This document shows positions 1-9,261 of a stretch of 64,000 bases of DNA, one piece after another; positions within the stretch are counted from its first letter, which is position 1; each line of letters starts with the position of its first letter. A program made the position numbers and the translations under genes. Below the pieces are notes generated by a model. That model was not told the DNA's origin. It searched no databases and saw only the letters and a list, made by a program, of their open reading frames with translations. Source of the DNA: Candidatus Eiseniibacteriota bacterium (GTDB lineage Bacteria > Eisenbacteria > RBG-16-71-46 > CAVPCR01); assembly GCA_963823555.1 (NCBI GenBank), contig CAWGMA010000001.1:960001-1024000 (forward strand), read 5' to 3'.

Positions 1-399
1 GTCTCCAAGCTCGAGCTCGAGGCGGGGGAGAAGCCGTCGTTCACCATCGACACCGTACGGCGATTGAAGGCGGACGGGGCAGACGAGGTGGCTCTGATCC
101 TCGGTGCTGACAGTCTCGTCGAACTCGCCACATGGCGCGAACCGGATGCGCTGGCCAGGGAGTGCAGGCTTCTCGTGGTCGATCGCCCGGGATGGGACCT
201 CGAGACCGCCCCGGCCCATCTTGCCGGGCGGCTCGAGCGCGTGGCCGCGCCGCGCCTCGACATCTCCTCGAGCGTGATCCGCGACCGCGCGGCCGGCGGC
301 CTCTCGATCCGATACCTGGTTCCGGATGCGGTGCATGACTACATCCTGGGCCACCGCCTGTACCGCCGACCGGAGCCGCCCGCGGCGGGTCAGGCGTGA
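1..399 (+). CDS. nadD: Nicotinate-nucleotide adenylyltransferase, 5'-truncated by the window edge
   Basis: Frame is open from base 1: ...PSFTIDTV...LILGADSL..LATWREP...LDISSSVIR...YLVPDAV.DYI....LY, the C-terminal NadD motifs. Confidence 0.92.
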   Translation, partial: VSKLELEAGEKPSFTIDTVRRLKADGADEVALILGADSLVELATWREPDALARECRLLVVDRPGWDLETAPAHLAGRLERVAAPRLDISSSVIRDRAAGGLSIRYLVPDAVHDYILGHRLYRRPEPPAAGQA

Positions 400-1022
400 G
401 TGCCGAGCGCAAGCGGCCACTGGTCGTGGGCGTCACCGGCGGCCTTGGGGCCGGGAAGTCGACGCTGTGCCGGCTCCTCGCGGCACGCGGCATCCATGTC
501 ATCGATGCCGACCAGGTGGCGCGAGCCGTCACCGCGCCGGGATCCCCGGCGCTGTCCGAGATCGAGGCGGCTTTCGGTCCAGGGCTCATCGACGCCGCCG
601 GGCGGCTCGATCGCGCCGCCCTGGCGGCGCGCGCGCTCGCGGCTCCGGAGGGACAGGCAAAGCTCAACGCCATCCTCCACCCGAGGATACGGGCCGAGCT
701 GGCGAGCGAGGTCGAGCGCCTGCAAGAGGCCGGGACCGAAGCGGTCGTGATCGAGGCCACGCTGATTCTCGAGAGCGGCCATCGCGACTTCTACGACCTC
801 CTGGTGGTCGTGGTCGCTGCCAACGAGGAGAAGGTCCGTCGCGCCGTGGCCCGGGGCATGGATGCCGATGAAGCACGGCGCCGGCTCGATCTGCAGTGGG
901 GCGATGAGGTGAAGTCCCGAGCGGCTGACCACATCGTCATCAACGATGGTAGTCTCGAGGCGCTGGCTGCGGCCGCTGACGGGCTGGCCCGCAAGATCAG
1001 GAGCGAGGCGGCGCGACTCTAG
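396..1022 (+). CDS. coaE: Dephospho-CoA kinase
   Basis: VGVTGGLGAGKST P-loop, IDADQVAR, LDRAALA, LNAILHP, ADHIVINDG; GTGA overlap with the nadD stop. Confidence 0.95.
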   Translation: MSAERKRPLVVGVTGGLGAGKSTLCRLLAARGIHVIDADQVARAVTAPGSPALSEIEAAFGPGLIDAAGRLDRAALAARALAAPEGQAKLNAILHPRIRAELASEVERLQEAGTEAVVIEATLILESGHRDFYDLLVVVVAANEEKVRRAVARGMDADEARRRLDLQWGDEVKSRAADHIVINDGSLEALAAAADGLARKIRSEAARL

Positions 1023-1064
1023 TCGCGAGCCGCCGCACCTGCGCGCAAGGAGGTAAGGAAGCGC

Positions 1065-2166
1065 ATGGATCCGCAAGAGACCCAGGAACAGCTTGCCGAG
1101 CTGGATCAGAAGCTGCAACAGCTCAAGGAGTTTCTTTGAGGTCGAGCGCAAGCGGACGGACATCGCTCGCTGCGAAGAGGAGATGGCTGATCCCGGGTTC
1201 TGGGATCACCCGGATCGCGCTCGCGCCACCATTGGCACGCTGAAGACGGCTCGCGCCCTCGTCGAGCCGTGGGAGAAAGCCTGGCACCGTCTCGAGGAGG
1301 CGCAGGTGCTCTTCCAGCTCGGCACCCAGGAGGATGACGCCGCGACCCTCGACGAAGCCATGGCAGCGGTCAGCGCGCTGGCCCCTGATATCGATGCGCT
1401 CGAGCAGAAGAGCCTGCTCTCGGGCAGCGAGGACCACCTCGGCGCCATCGTCACCATCAACGCCGGTGCGGGTGGTACCGAGTCGATGGACTGGGCCGCC
1501 ATGCTCCTCCGCATGTACCTGCGCTGGGTCGAGCGCCGCGAAATGAGTTACGAGATCCTCGACACGAGCGAGGGCGAGGAGGCGGGAATCAAGAGCGCCA
1601 CGATCGAGGTCAGCGGGGACTTTGCCTACGGGTACTTGAAAGGGGAGAGCGGCGTGCACCGGCTGGTGCGGATCTCGCCGTTCGATGCCAGTCATCGCCG
1701 GCATACCTCTTTCGCCTCGGTGTTCGTGAGCCCGCGCGTGGACGACTCGATCGAGATCGAGATCAAGGAAGCCGATCTGCGCGTGGACACCTACCGCTCC
1801 TCCGGGGCTGGCGGACAGCATGTCAACAAGACCAGCTCGGCGGTGCGCATCACCCATCTACCGACCGGGATCGTGGCCGCCTGCCAGAACGAGCGCTCCC
1901 AGCATCGCAACCGGGACAAGGCGATGGAGATCCTCAAGTCGCGCCTGTACCTGCTGGCACTCGAAGAGGAGCGGAAGAAGATGGAAGCGATCGAGGCGTC
2001 CAAGATGGAGATCGCCTTCGGGAGTCAGATCCGCTCCTATGTGTTCCATCCCTACACCCTGGTCAAGGACCTCCGGACCGACGCCGAGACGTCCAATGTC
2101 ACCGCGGTGATGGACGGCGAGATCGATGCCTTCATCGAGGCCTGGCTCCGGCGGCGGATGAACTAG
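1065..2166 (+). CDS. prfB: Peptide chain release factor 2, translated via a programmed +1 frameshift at CTT-TGA (1134-1139)
   Basis: SD AAGGAGG then ATG 1065; 24 codons to CTT TGA; the +1 frame has SPF (RISPFD) and GGQ (GAGGQHVNKT). Confidence 0.97.
1125..1140 (+). promoter_or_regulatory. RF2 autoregulatory frameshift cassette (internal SD + CTT TGA G)
   Basis: AAGGAG TTT CTT TGA G: SD-like element 3 nt before the slippery CTT, followed by an in-frame UGA. Confidence 0.93.
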
Positions 2167-2215
2167 GGCCACCCAAGTCAGGAGGAAACATGACCGGTCG
2201 GGGGACTCGACGCTC

Positions 2216-4417
2216 ATGTCGGCCATCGCCCAGGGCTTCGCCGCGTTGCCGGTCGAGCCACCCGTACGCGTGGCGGCGAGCGAGAACCTCGCGCGCTGGC
2301 TCACGGGCCCGGAGTTCGAGGCCTATCGGCCTCTCCTCGACGAGCTCATCGCGACGGGGGCCTTTCCACTGCTCCTCGATTCCTTCTACCAGGTGCTGCC
2401 CTTCGGCACCGGGGGGCGCCGCGGCCCGGTCGGTCCGGGCCCCAACCGCTTCAACCCCTGGACGCTCGCCACCTCGGTGGCCGGCCACCTCGAGTTCCTG
2501 CGCGAGCGGTTCGGCCCCAGCGGGCTCCGGGTCGTGATCGGCTATGACTCGCGCCAGTTCCACGATCTGCGCGGCCTCTATCCCGCCGATCGCCTGGGTC
2601 CGCTGGCGGGCGTGAGCTCGCGCTCCTTCGCCGAGCTTGCGGCCCGCGTCTACACGGCCGCTGGCGTCGAGGTCTTCCTGAGCGAACGCATCATGGCCAC
2701 GCCGGAGCTCTCGTTCGCCATCCGCCAGCTCGAAGCGCATGGCGGGCTGGTGATCTCGGCGTCCCACAACCCGCCCGACGATAACGGCGGCAAGTTCTAC
2801 GACCACCGCGGGGGCCAGGAGATCCCCCCCGAGGACCAGGCCATGGTGGATCGCGTGGCCGGCGTGACGCGAGTCGATGCCAGCGGTGACGGGCGGCTCT
2901 TGAAGGCCATTCCCACGGGCGTTCACCGGGCCTACATCGAGCTCAACCTGGGGCTCAGCACCCGGCGCGAACGCGGCGGGGCCAAGGTGGTCTACACGCC
3001 ACTCCACGGCACCGGGACGACCACCGTCGGTGAAGTGCTGGCCGCGGCCGGATTCCCGCCCACGTACCCTGCGGGTCAAGCCGAGCCGGACGGTCGCTTC
3101 CCGACCGTGCCCTTCGGTGTGGCCAATCCCGAGGTGCCGGAATCGATGCAGCTTGCGCTCGATGAGGCGCGTCGGATCGGAGCCGATCTCGTGCTCGCCA
3201 CCGATCCCGATGCCGACCGCATCGGCGCCATCGTCAAGGCTGGAGAAGGGGAGTATCGCTTCCTCACCGGGAACGAGATCTGCGCTCTCGTCGTCAACGA
3301 GGCCCTCGCCGGACGGAAGTCCCTCGGGACGCTGCCCGCGCGCCCGATCGTCATGAAGACCGAGGTCACGTCGGATCTCGTGGCCCGGGTCGCACGCGCC
3401 CATGGGGCCGCCGTGATCGAGGACCTCCTCGTCGGCTTCAAGTACGTCGCGGCAGTCCTCGATCAGCTCGAGCGCCACGGGCAATACCGTGATGTGAAGG
3501 GCCGGCCCAGCGATTTCGTGGTCGCGGTCGAGGAGTCGCATGGCGTCCTCTTGACGAGCGAGATCCGGGACAAGGACGCCGCCGGCCCCGCGCTCGTGCT
3601 CGCTGAGATGGCGGCCCGCGTGCGCGCCGAGGGGCGTACCGTTCCCGACCTTCTCGACGACTTGCACCGTCGCCATGGGGTCGTTGCCAACCGTCTGACC
3701 TCGATGGTGATGCGCGGAGCGGCCGGGCAGGCGGCGATCGAGCGCATCCAGGCCGGGTTGCGGCAGAATCCGCCGGTTGCGATCGGTGGCGTCGCGGTGC
3801 GCCGGTTCATCGACCACTGGGATGAGGCTCCGGGCTCGCGGTTCGGTCCGATCGTGTCCGCGACCGACCGCGCCTCGCGCAACGTCCTCGTCTTCCATCT
3901 CGAGGGCGGCTCGCGGGTGGTGATTCGCCCGTCGGGCACCGAGCCCAAGAACAAGACCTACATCGAGGCGGCGAGTCCGCCGCTCGATCCTGGCACCGAT
4001 CTCGCCGCCGAGCGCGATCGGGTGATGGCCCGCGCCCGAGCTCTCGAAGAGGCTTTCGTGGCCCATTGTCTCGAGCTCATCGGGATCCGCCTCCCCACGT
4101 GGGCGCTCAAGATCTCGGGCCTCGTCGCCCTCGACGAGAAGGTCGACTTTGCCGAGCGCTTCGTGCGCGAGTACGAGGAGAAGGCGGCACGGCTCACCGG
4201 CGGGGGAGGGTCCGGAGCGGTTCCCCCGGAAGAGGTGGCCACGCTCGGGCGGTGGATCGATGGGCGGCTCAAGGCCTATGGCAAGGACCCGCGCCTCCTC
4301 GTGGCCGAGGCCTTGCGCGCCTACGTCGCAGCCGAGATCGAGCGCTCTCGGGCCGGCGGCGACCACGCGCGAGTTCGAGTGCTCGAGCTCATGGCTCGAG
4401 CGTTCGCCGCCGCCTGA
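2216..4417 (+). CDS. Phosphoglucomutase/phosphomannomutase family protein with a C-terminal extension
   Basis: FGTGGRRG, ISASHNP (phospho-Ser loop), DPDADR (metal loop), EESHG, RPSGTEPK. Confidence 0.92.
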   Translation: MSAIAQGFAALPVEPPVRVAASENLARWLTGPEFEAYRPLLDELIATGAFPLLLDSFYQVLPFGTGGRRGPVGPGPNRFNPWTLATSVAGHLEFLRERFGPSGLRVVIGYDSRQFHDLRGLYPADRLGPLAGVSSRSFAELAARVYTAAGVEVFLSERIMATPELSFAIRQLEAHGGLVISASHNPPDDNGGKFYDHRGGQEIPPEDQAMVDRVAGVTRVDASGDGRLLKAIPTGVHRAYIELNLGLSTRRERGGAKVVYTPLHGTGTTTVGEVLAAAGFPPTYPAGQAEPDGRFPTVPFGVANPEVPESMQLALDEARRIGADLVLATDPDADRIGAIVKAGEGEYRFLTGNEICALVVNEALAGRKSLGTLPARPIVMKTEVTSDLVARVARAHGAAVIEDLLVGFKYVAAVLDQLERHGQYRDVKGRPSDFVVAVEESHGVLLTSEIRDKDAAGPALVLAEMAARVRAEGRTVPDLLDDLHRRHGVVANRLTSMVMRGAAGQAAIERIQAGLRQNPPVAIGGVAVRRFIDHWDEAPGSRFGPIVSATDRASRNVLVFHLEGGSRVVIRPSGTEPKNKTYIEAASPPLDPGTDLAAERDRVMARARALEEAFVAHCLELIGIRLPTWALKISGLVALDEKVDFAERFVREYEEKAARLTGGGGSGAVPPEEVATLGRWIDGRLKAYGKDPRLLVAEALRAYVAAEIERSRAGGDHARVRVLELMARAFAAA

Positions 4418-4467
4418 AGTTCACTCCGCGGGCGCTCGATGGCGGCGCTTGCGGGCGAGGGGGGAGT

Positions 4468-5481
4468 GTGGCCCGGACGATTCTGGTCTCGGATGGCGGT
4501 CTCGGCATCGCCCGCGACATCGAGGATGCCGCGCTCGCGAACGTCCTGGCCGAGCCGCCGCCGGGGACCAAGCCCGCCGTCATCTGGGTGGACCTCGCCG
4601 AGCCGACCCCGGAGGACTACGCCTGGCTGTCGCGGCACTTCCATTTCCATCAGCTCGCCATCGAAGACTGTCAGCACGGCGTGCAACGGCCCAAGGTCGA
4701 GGAGTACGATGACTACCTGTTCTTCGTCTTTCATGCCATCACCGGACTCGGTGGTGGGGAGGATGAGAGGCGGGACGAGGATCTCGACTTCATCGAGCTC
4801 GATGGTTTTCTCGGCGAACGCTACCTGGTCACGGTTCACACCGAGCCGTTTCCGCTCCTCGACCAGTTTCGTGCGCGCATCCTGAGCAATCCCGCCTTGC
4901 TGGCGCGCGGAGCCGACGATCTCTTTCATGCCATTCTGGACGCGGCCGTCGATCTCTACTTCCCGCTCCTCGATCTCCTGGATGATCGACTCGACCGGCT
5001 GGAGGAAGAGCTCTTCAGCGGAGCCACGGCACGGACCCTCGAGGAGATCTTCGGCCTGAAGAAGCTCATCCTACGCTTGCGCCGGTTCGCCAATCCGCAG
5101 CGGGATACGCTGTCACTGTTCGTCCACCACGAGTATGCGGTCGTCGACGAACGCACCCGCTACTACCTGCGGGATGTCTTCGATCACCTCAATCGAATCA
5201 ACGATACCCTCGATGCCTACCGGGATCTGATCGCCGGCGCTGCAGACACCTATATCTCCCTCGTCTCCCAGCGCACCAACGATGCGGTCAAGGTTCTGAG
5301 CATCTTTGCCACCATCATGCTCCCGCTGGGCTTGATCGCCGGACTCTACGGCACCAACTTCAGGAATCTCCCCGGGGCGGGAGCCGAATACGGCTTTCTC
5401 ATCATGCTCGGGGGGATGGTCCTCATGTCCCTGGTCTTGCTCGGCATCTTCTGGCGGCGCGGGTGGTTCAGGCGGGGCTGA
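4468..5481 (+). CDS. corA: CorA-family divalent cation transporter (GTN signature variant)
   Basis: GTG 4468 after a G/A-rich SD; WVDL..P, FHQLAIEDC...QRPKVEEY, two C-terminal TM helices with YGTNF. Confidence 0.88.
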   Translation: MARTILVSDGGLGIARDIEDAALANVLAEPPPGTKPAVIWVDLAEPTPEDYAWLSRHFHFHQLAIEDCQHGVQRPKVEEYDDYLFFVFHAITGLGGGEDERRDEDLDFIELDGFLGERYLVTVHTEPFPLLDQFRARILSNPALLARGADDLFHAILDAAVDLYFPLLDLLDDRLDRLEEELFSGATARTLEEIFGLKKLILRLRRFANPQRDTLSLFVHHEYAVVDERTRYYLRDVFDHLNRINDTLDAYRDLIAGAADTYISLVSQRTNDAVKVLSIFATIMLPLGLIAGLYGTNFRNLPGAGAEYGFLIMLGGMVLMSLVLLGIFWRRGWFRRG

Positions 5482-5609
5482 GGGCGGCCCGGTGGGGAAG
5501 CCCCGGGCCGCGGTGGGGGGCAGGCCCGCCATCGGGCCGGGAGATGGCCGCCGGGACCGGAACGAGCCATTGGACCGGGAACTCGCCGCCGAGTTCCGTT
5601 CATTCTTCC

Positions 5610-5638
5610 TTGACCCGATGCCGGCCGAGATTCATGAT
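5610..5638 (+). promoter_or_regulatory. Putative sigma70 promoter P1
   Basis: TTGACC-N17-CATGAT in an intergenic region. Confidence 0.55.
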
Positions 5639-5653
5639 TCGAGGCCAGTTTCG

Positions 5654-5860
5654 CCGGAGCGCTGGTGGTTGTATCGTCGGCGCCAGCGGTCCCTTAGCAC
5701 CCCGGGCTCCCTCGCGGCCGTGAGGCCGGGGTGAGCCAAGGATCCGAGGATGGGTGGGGCGGGCGTGACCGTCGTGATCCGGCACGGATTCCCCCTTTGG
5801 CGGCGTTCGCACATGGCTGGGCCCTGGCCGCAGGAATCGCCCCCGCCGGCGGCTCCCCGG
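5654..5860 (+). ncRNA. Candidate structured non-coding RNA (long irregular hairpin, possibly 6S-like, or a cis-regulatory leader)
   Basis: Starts just downstream of P1 and ends just before P2; 5' GGAGC-GCTGGTGG pairs with 3' CCGCCGGC-G-GCTCC; internal CACCCCGG/CCGGGGTG stem; no convincing ORF. Confidence 0.4.
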
Positions 5861-5863
5861 GCC

Positions 5864-5892
5864 TTGACGCATCGACTGCAAGTCAATAGATT
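5864..5892 (+). promoter_or_regulatory. Putative sigma70 promoter P2 for the lipoprotein/barrel operon
   Basis: TTGACG-N17-TAGATT about 50 nt upstream of ATG 5945. Confidence 0.6.
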
Positions 5893-5944
5893 AGCGGTCT
5901 TTGTGTGTCATGCTGGGTGGCCAGGCCACCTGGTTGGAGGCTCG

Positions 5945-7231
5945 ATGCCGGTGTCATTTCCTCGAGTGGCAGGCGTCCAGGCGCCGCGCCGTCGGTCAAC
6001 CTCGCGGTTCGTGATCGGCTCCCACCTCGTATCGTCCGGTTGGTTCTTCGCTCTCGCTCTCGCCCTCGCTGCCGGTCCGGGCTGCAGCCTCGACGAGGGT
6101 CCGCAGAACCCGTCCTTTGTCGAAGTCATCCCCGTGACGAACGACGTCACCATCCCGGGCGGGGATATCGTGCCGCGCCGCTGGCTGATCGATGGCGTGG
6201 CGACCGATCCCGAGTGGAGTGAGGTCCCCTACACCTACATCTCAGTCGGTCCGGAGAACGGCAATCAGGGCGGCAGCTTCATCGTGGCCATGAAGGCGAC
6301 GCATGACTCGGAGCGCCTCTTCATGCTCCTTCAGTGGCCGGACGCCACCCAGGACCGCCTGGGGCCGCGACTGGCATGGAATCCGGAGCGCAATCTCACG
6401 CCCAGCGGCTGCGATACGCTGCTCCTCGGCTGTTCCTGGGATCTGATCGAGGCGGACGAGGATCGCGTGGCCGTGATGTGGGATATGGGTGATGCGCGCG
6501 ACAATGCCGGCACGTTCCAGGAGCGTGGGTGCCAGGTGGCCTGTCACGGCAACATGCATCCGATCAGCGGATCGGTCGACATCTGGCAGTGGCGGGCGGC
6601 GCGCACCAACCCGCTCAACTTCCCCTTGTCGGGGAGCTTTCGTGTCGGCTTCGCCGACGACGGATTTGCGAACGGCGCCGGTCGCGTCGATGATCCAGGC
6701 CTCAGCTTCTATCGCGACAACTACCGGTTCGTGCCCTGCGGGGATGGCTCGGAGCAGGCGGTTCCTCTCAAGCTCCCCGTCGCCCTCGATGCGAATCAAC
6801 AGCCCACGACTCGGATCAACGACAACATGCGGCCCTGTGAGTACATCTATGATCCGACGGGTTCCGCTCTCACGTGTAACTCGCGGGCGAATCCCTGCCG
6901 GCAGTTCGAGCAGGTGGATGTCCTTGAGTGGGTGGCGGGGGACGATCTCTCGGCAATGCTCCTGAACCGCCCGGTCAACAACGAGGCCCGTCGTAGCCGG
7001 CACGATGTCGAGGCGCGGGGGCGCTGGGAGGAGGTCGTGAGTCCTGGTGGTGACCAGCGCAAGGGGACCTGGACTCTCGAGATGAGCCGGATCCTGAGCG
7101 TCGGCAATGCCGAGGACATCCAGTTCGACCCGCAGCGCCAAGAGCCCTATTACCTGGCGATCGCGTTCATGAACAACAGCGGCCGGATCCACTCCGGAAC
7201 GCCGGTAGTCGAGCTTCGCTTTCAGCAATGA
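5945..7231 (+). CDS. Lipoprotein with an ethylbenzene-dehydrogenase-gamma/DOMON-like putative heme-binding domain
   Basis: SD GGAGG; lipobox-like LALAAGPGC; IDG....EW, LFMLLQWPD, EDRVAVMW, GCQVACH, VDIWQWRAART, WTLEMSRIL. Confidence 0.7.
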   Translation: MPVSFPRVAGVQAPRRRSTSRFVIGSHLVSSGWFFALALALAAGPGCSLDEGPQNPSFVEVIPVTNDVTIPGGDIVPRRWLIDGVATDPEWSEVPYTYISVGPENGNQGGSFIVAMKATHDSERLFMLLQWPDATQDRLGPRLAWNPERNLTPSGCDTLLLGCSWDLIEADEDRVAVMWDMGDARDNAGTFQERGCQVACHGNMHPISGSVDIWQWRAARTNPLNFPLSGSFRVGFADDGFANGAGRVDDPGLSFYRDNYRFVPCGDGSEQAVPLKLPVALDANQQPTTRINDNMRPCEYIYDPTGSALTCNSRANPCRQFEQVDVLEWVAGDDLSAMLLNRPVNNEARRSRHDVEARGRWEEVVSPGGDQRKGTWTLEMSRILSVGNAEDIQFDPQRQEPYYLAIAFMNNSGRIHSGTPVVELRFQQ

Positions 7232-7232
7232 C

Positions 7233-7769
7233 GTGATGAAGACGAGGATGGTGCTCATGACAAGACCGTTGGGGATGACGAGACGCCCGATCACGCGAGC
7301 TCTGCTCCTCCTCCTCGCCGTGGTGGCGCTCGCGGCCACCGGGTGCACCAAGCGCGTGGCGGTGAGCACGTCTGACGTCAACATCGCCGACGGCCGCGAG
7401 TTCGAGGTCCAGTTCAAGGGCGATCGGGTCGTCAGCGGCCGTTTCGTGAGCGGCTCCGAGGTTCGATTCGAACAGGGTGACAGCCTGTTCACGGCGGAAG
7501 TCGGCGAAGTGACCGATGAGTTCATCGGCCTCTCCAGTCCCGAGCTGGTGGTCGAGTCGGGGCGCGGCGGCGACTGGACCGATCTCAGGCTGGCCGCAGA
7601 AGATGCGCATTCCGTTGTCGAGCGGCCCCAGGTCGGCAATGCCCTGCTCGCCCGGGACGAAGTGGAATCCGTTTCGCTGATCACCATCGATCGCCGCCGC
7701 AGCGTCGTGGAGACCGTGTTCTGGGCTGGGCTCATCCTGGCGGTCGGCTTGGCTGCCACGGCGGAATAG
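7233..7769 (+). CDS. Hypothetical lipoprotein with a hydrophobic C-terminus
   Basis: LLLLLAVVALAATGC lipobox; operonic spacing; exact start uncertain. Confidence 0.7.
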   Translation: MMKTRMVLMTRPLGMTRRPITRALLLLLAVVALAATGCTKRVAVSTSDVNIADGREFEVQFKGDRVVSGRFVSGSEVRFEQGDSLFTAEVGEVTDEFIGLSSPELVVESGRGGDWTDLRLAAEDAHSVVERPQVGNALLARDEVESVSLITIDRRRSVVETVFWAGLILAVGLAATAE

Positions 7770-7796
7770 GAGACGGGTCGAATGGGGGAGGGACTC

Positions 7797-9236
7797 ATGC
7801 GCAGGCTTCTGGCCAGTCGCTTCGCCAGCCGGGCAGGTCGCTTGCTGGTGACCATCGTGCAGGTCCTGGCCATCGCCGCCGCCGCGGGACCACGGCCGGC
7901 AGCCGCGGAAGAAGGACCGGATCTGGCGATCGTCGGTGCGCGCGCCCGCGGCATGGGTAGCGCTTACACAGCGGTCAGCGATGGGATCGAATCGGTGGGC
8001 TGGAATCCGGCCGGGCTTGCTTTCATCCGCGGGCCCCGCCTCGCGGCCGACATGAGGCTCCACTTCGGTAGCGGCACGGTCACGCAGGGCATCCCGATCT
8101 TCAGCGGTGGCGGCGCCCCGGCTCCCGTCGACAACTTCACCGACACTCCGTCCAGCCGGTTCACCTACTACCTGATCGGTGGTGCGGCTCCCCTTCCGAT
8201 CAAGGGATGGGTGGAGGATTACGGGCTTGTCGGGTCCCTCGTCTACCGCCGCGTCATGGATCGGTTCATCGGCCGGGAGCAGCTGATCGAGTTCGATCCC
8301 GGCGGCGGGTTCACGATTCCCTTCGAGCACATCGTCGATGAACAGGGCGGTATCGACGCCTGGACGCTGTCGCTGGCCGGTCGCGCCCATGAGCTGGTGG
8401 CGCTGGGCTTCAACCTCAACTTCCTCACGAACACCTACTCCGCTACGGACGAGCAGGTCGTGGCCTTCCAGGGGCAGGAGTTCTACCGGGCCGAGACCCA
8501 GCAGCGCTCGGATTTCGGAGGCTTTTCCTTCGAGCTCGGGGCCACGATCGAGCCCATGACCGATCTCAAGCTGGCCGGCGTGATGCGCCCGAGTTACGAC
8601 TTGAAGCAGACGAACGGGCGCGGGCGGGTCCGACTGGAGGTCGCACCCGGAGCGGGCGTTCCAGAGGCTGATACGCTGATCCAGTACGAGGTGCCCGATA
8701 TCACGAGCGACGTGCCGTTCATGTACGGGATCGGCGCCGCCTACCGGCTGTCGACATCCCCGCTGAGCGGTCTCCTGATCGCGGCGGACTACCAGTATCG
8801 CCCCTGGAACGAGATGAAATCGGTCGCGGACACGGAACAGGGCCCCGTGGAGCTGGAAACCTTCAGCTATCCGACTCATACGGTCAGTGTCGGCGGCGAG
8901 TATGTCTTCAATCGCGACAGTGACGTCCAGGTGCCGCTTCGCCTTGGTTTCCACAGCGCGCCAAGCGTGCAGGCCAACGTGGACAGCCTGAGCACTGAAA
9001 TCGGCGCCGATGGTTATCGCAATTTCCGGGGGAGTCGCGTCGAAGGCAATACTTGGGCGTTCGGCGCCGGGATCCACTTCCCGAGCGTCGCCTTCGATGT
9101 TTCGCTCGACTTCACGAAGCACACCTTCTCCGAGTTCCTGTTCGGGAACGCGCCCCCGCCCGGGGTGCAGCTCGACATCGTGGAGCTCGAGGAGACCATG
9201 ACCAATCTCTACTTCTCTTCCACGCTCCGCTTCTGA
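7797..9236 (+). CDS. FadL/PorV-like outer-membrane beta-barrel
   Basis: Signal peptide; GARARGMGSAYTAVSD...WNPAGLA hatch motif; amphipathic strands; terminal Phe (STLRF). Confidence 0.8.
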   Translation: MRRLLASRFASRAGRLLVTIVQVLAIAAAAGPRPAAAEEGPDLAIVGARARGMGSAYTAVSDGIESVGWNPAGLAFIRGPRLAADMRLHFGSGTVTQGIPIFSGGGAPAPVDNFTDTPSSRFTYYLIGGAAPLPIKGWVEDYGLVGSLVYRRVMDRFIGREQLIEFDPGGGFTIPFEHIVDEQGGIDAWTLSLAGRAHELVALGFNLNFLTNTYSATDEQVVAFQGQEFYRAETQQRSDFGGFSFELGATIEPMTDLKLAGVMRPSYDLKQTNGRGRVRLEVAPGAGVPEADTLIQYEVPDITSDVPFMYGIGAAYRLSTSPLSGLLIAADYQYRPWNEMKSVADTEQGPVELETFSYPTHTVSVGGEYVFNRDSDVQVPLRLGFHSAPSVQANVDSLSTEIGADGYRNFRGSRVEGNTWAFGAGIHFPSVAFDVSLDFTKHTFSEFLFGNAPPPGVQLDIVELEETMTNLYFSSTLRF

Positions 9237-9261
9237 CCCGGGGCGACGCGACGAGGGTGCG

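Noticed and set aside
5688..5740. HDV-ribozyme-like segment GCU-CCCUCGC-GGC and a glmS-like GCGCCAG...CGAGGAUGG
   Set aside because: P1 pairing and the G1/P1.1 arrangement of HDV do not fit, and the glmS core downstream is missing.
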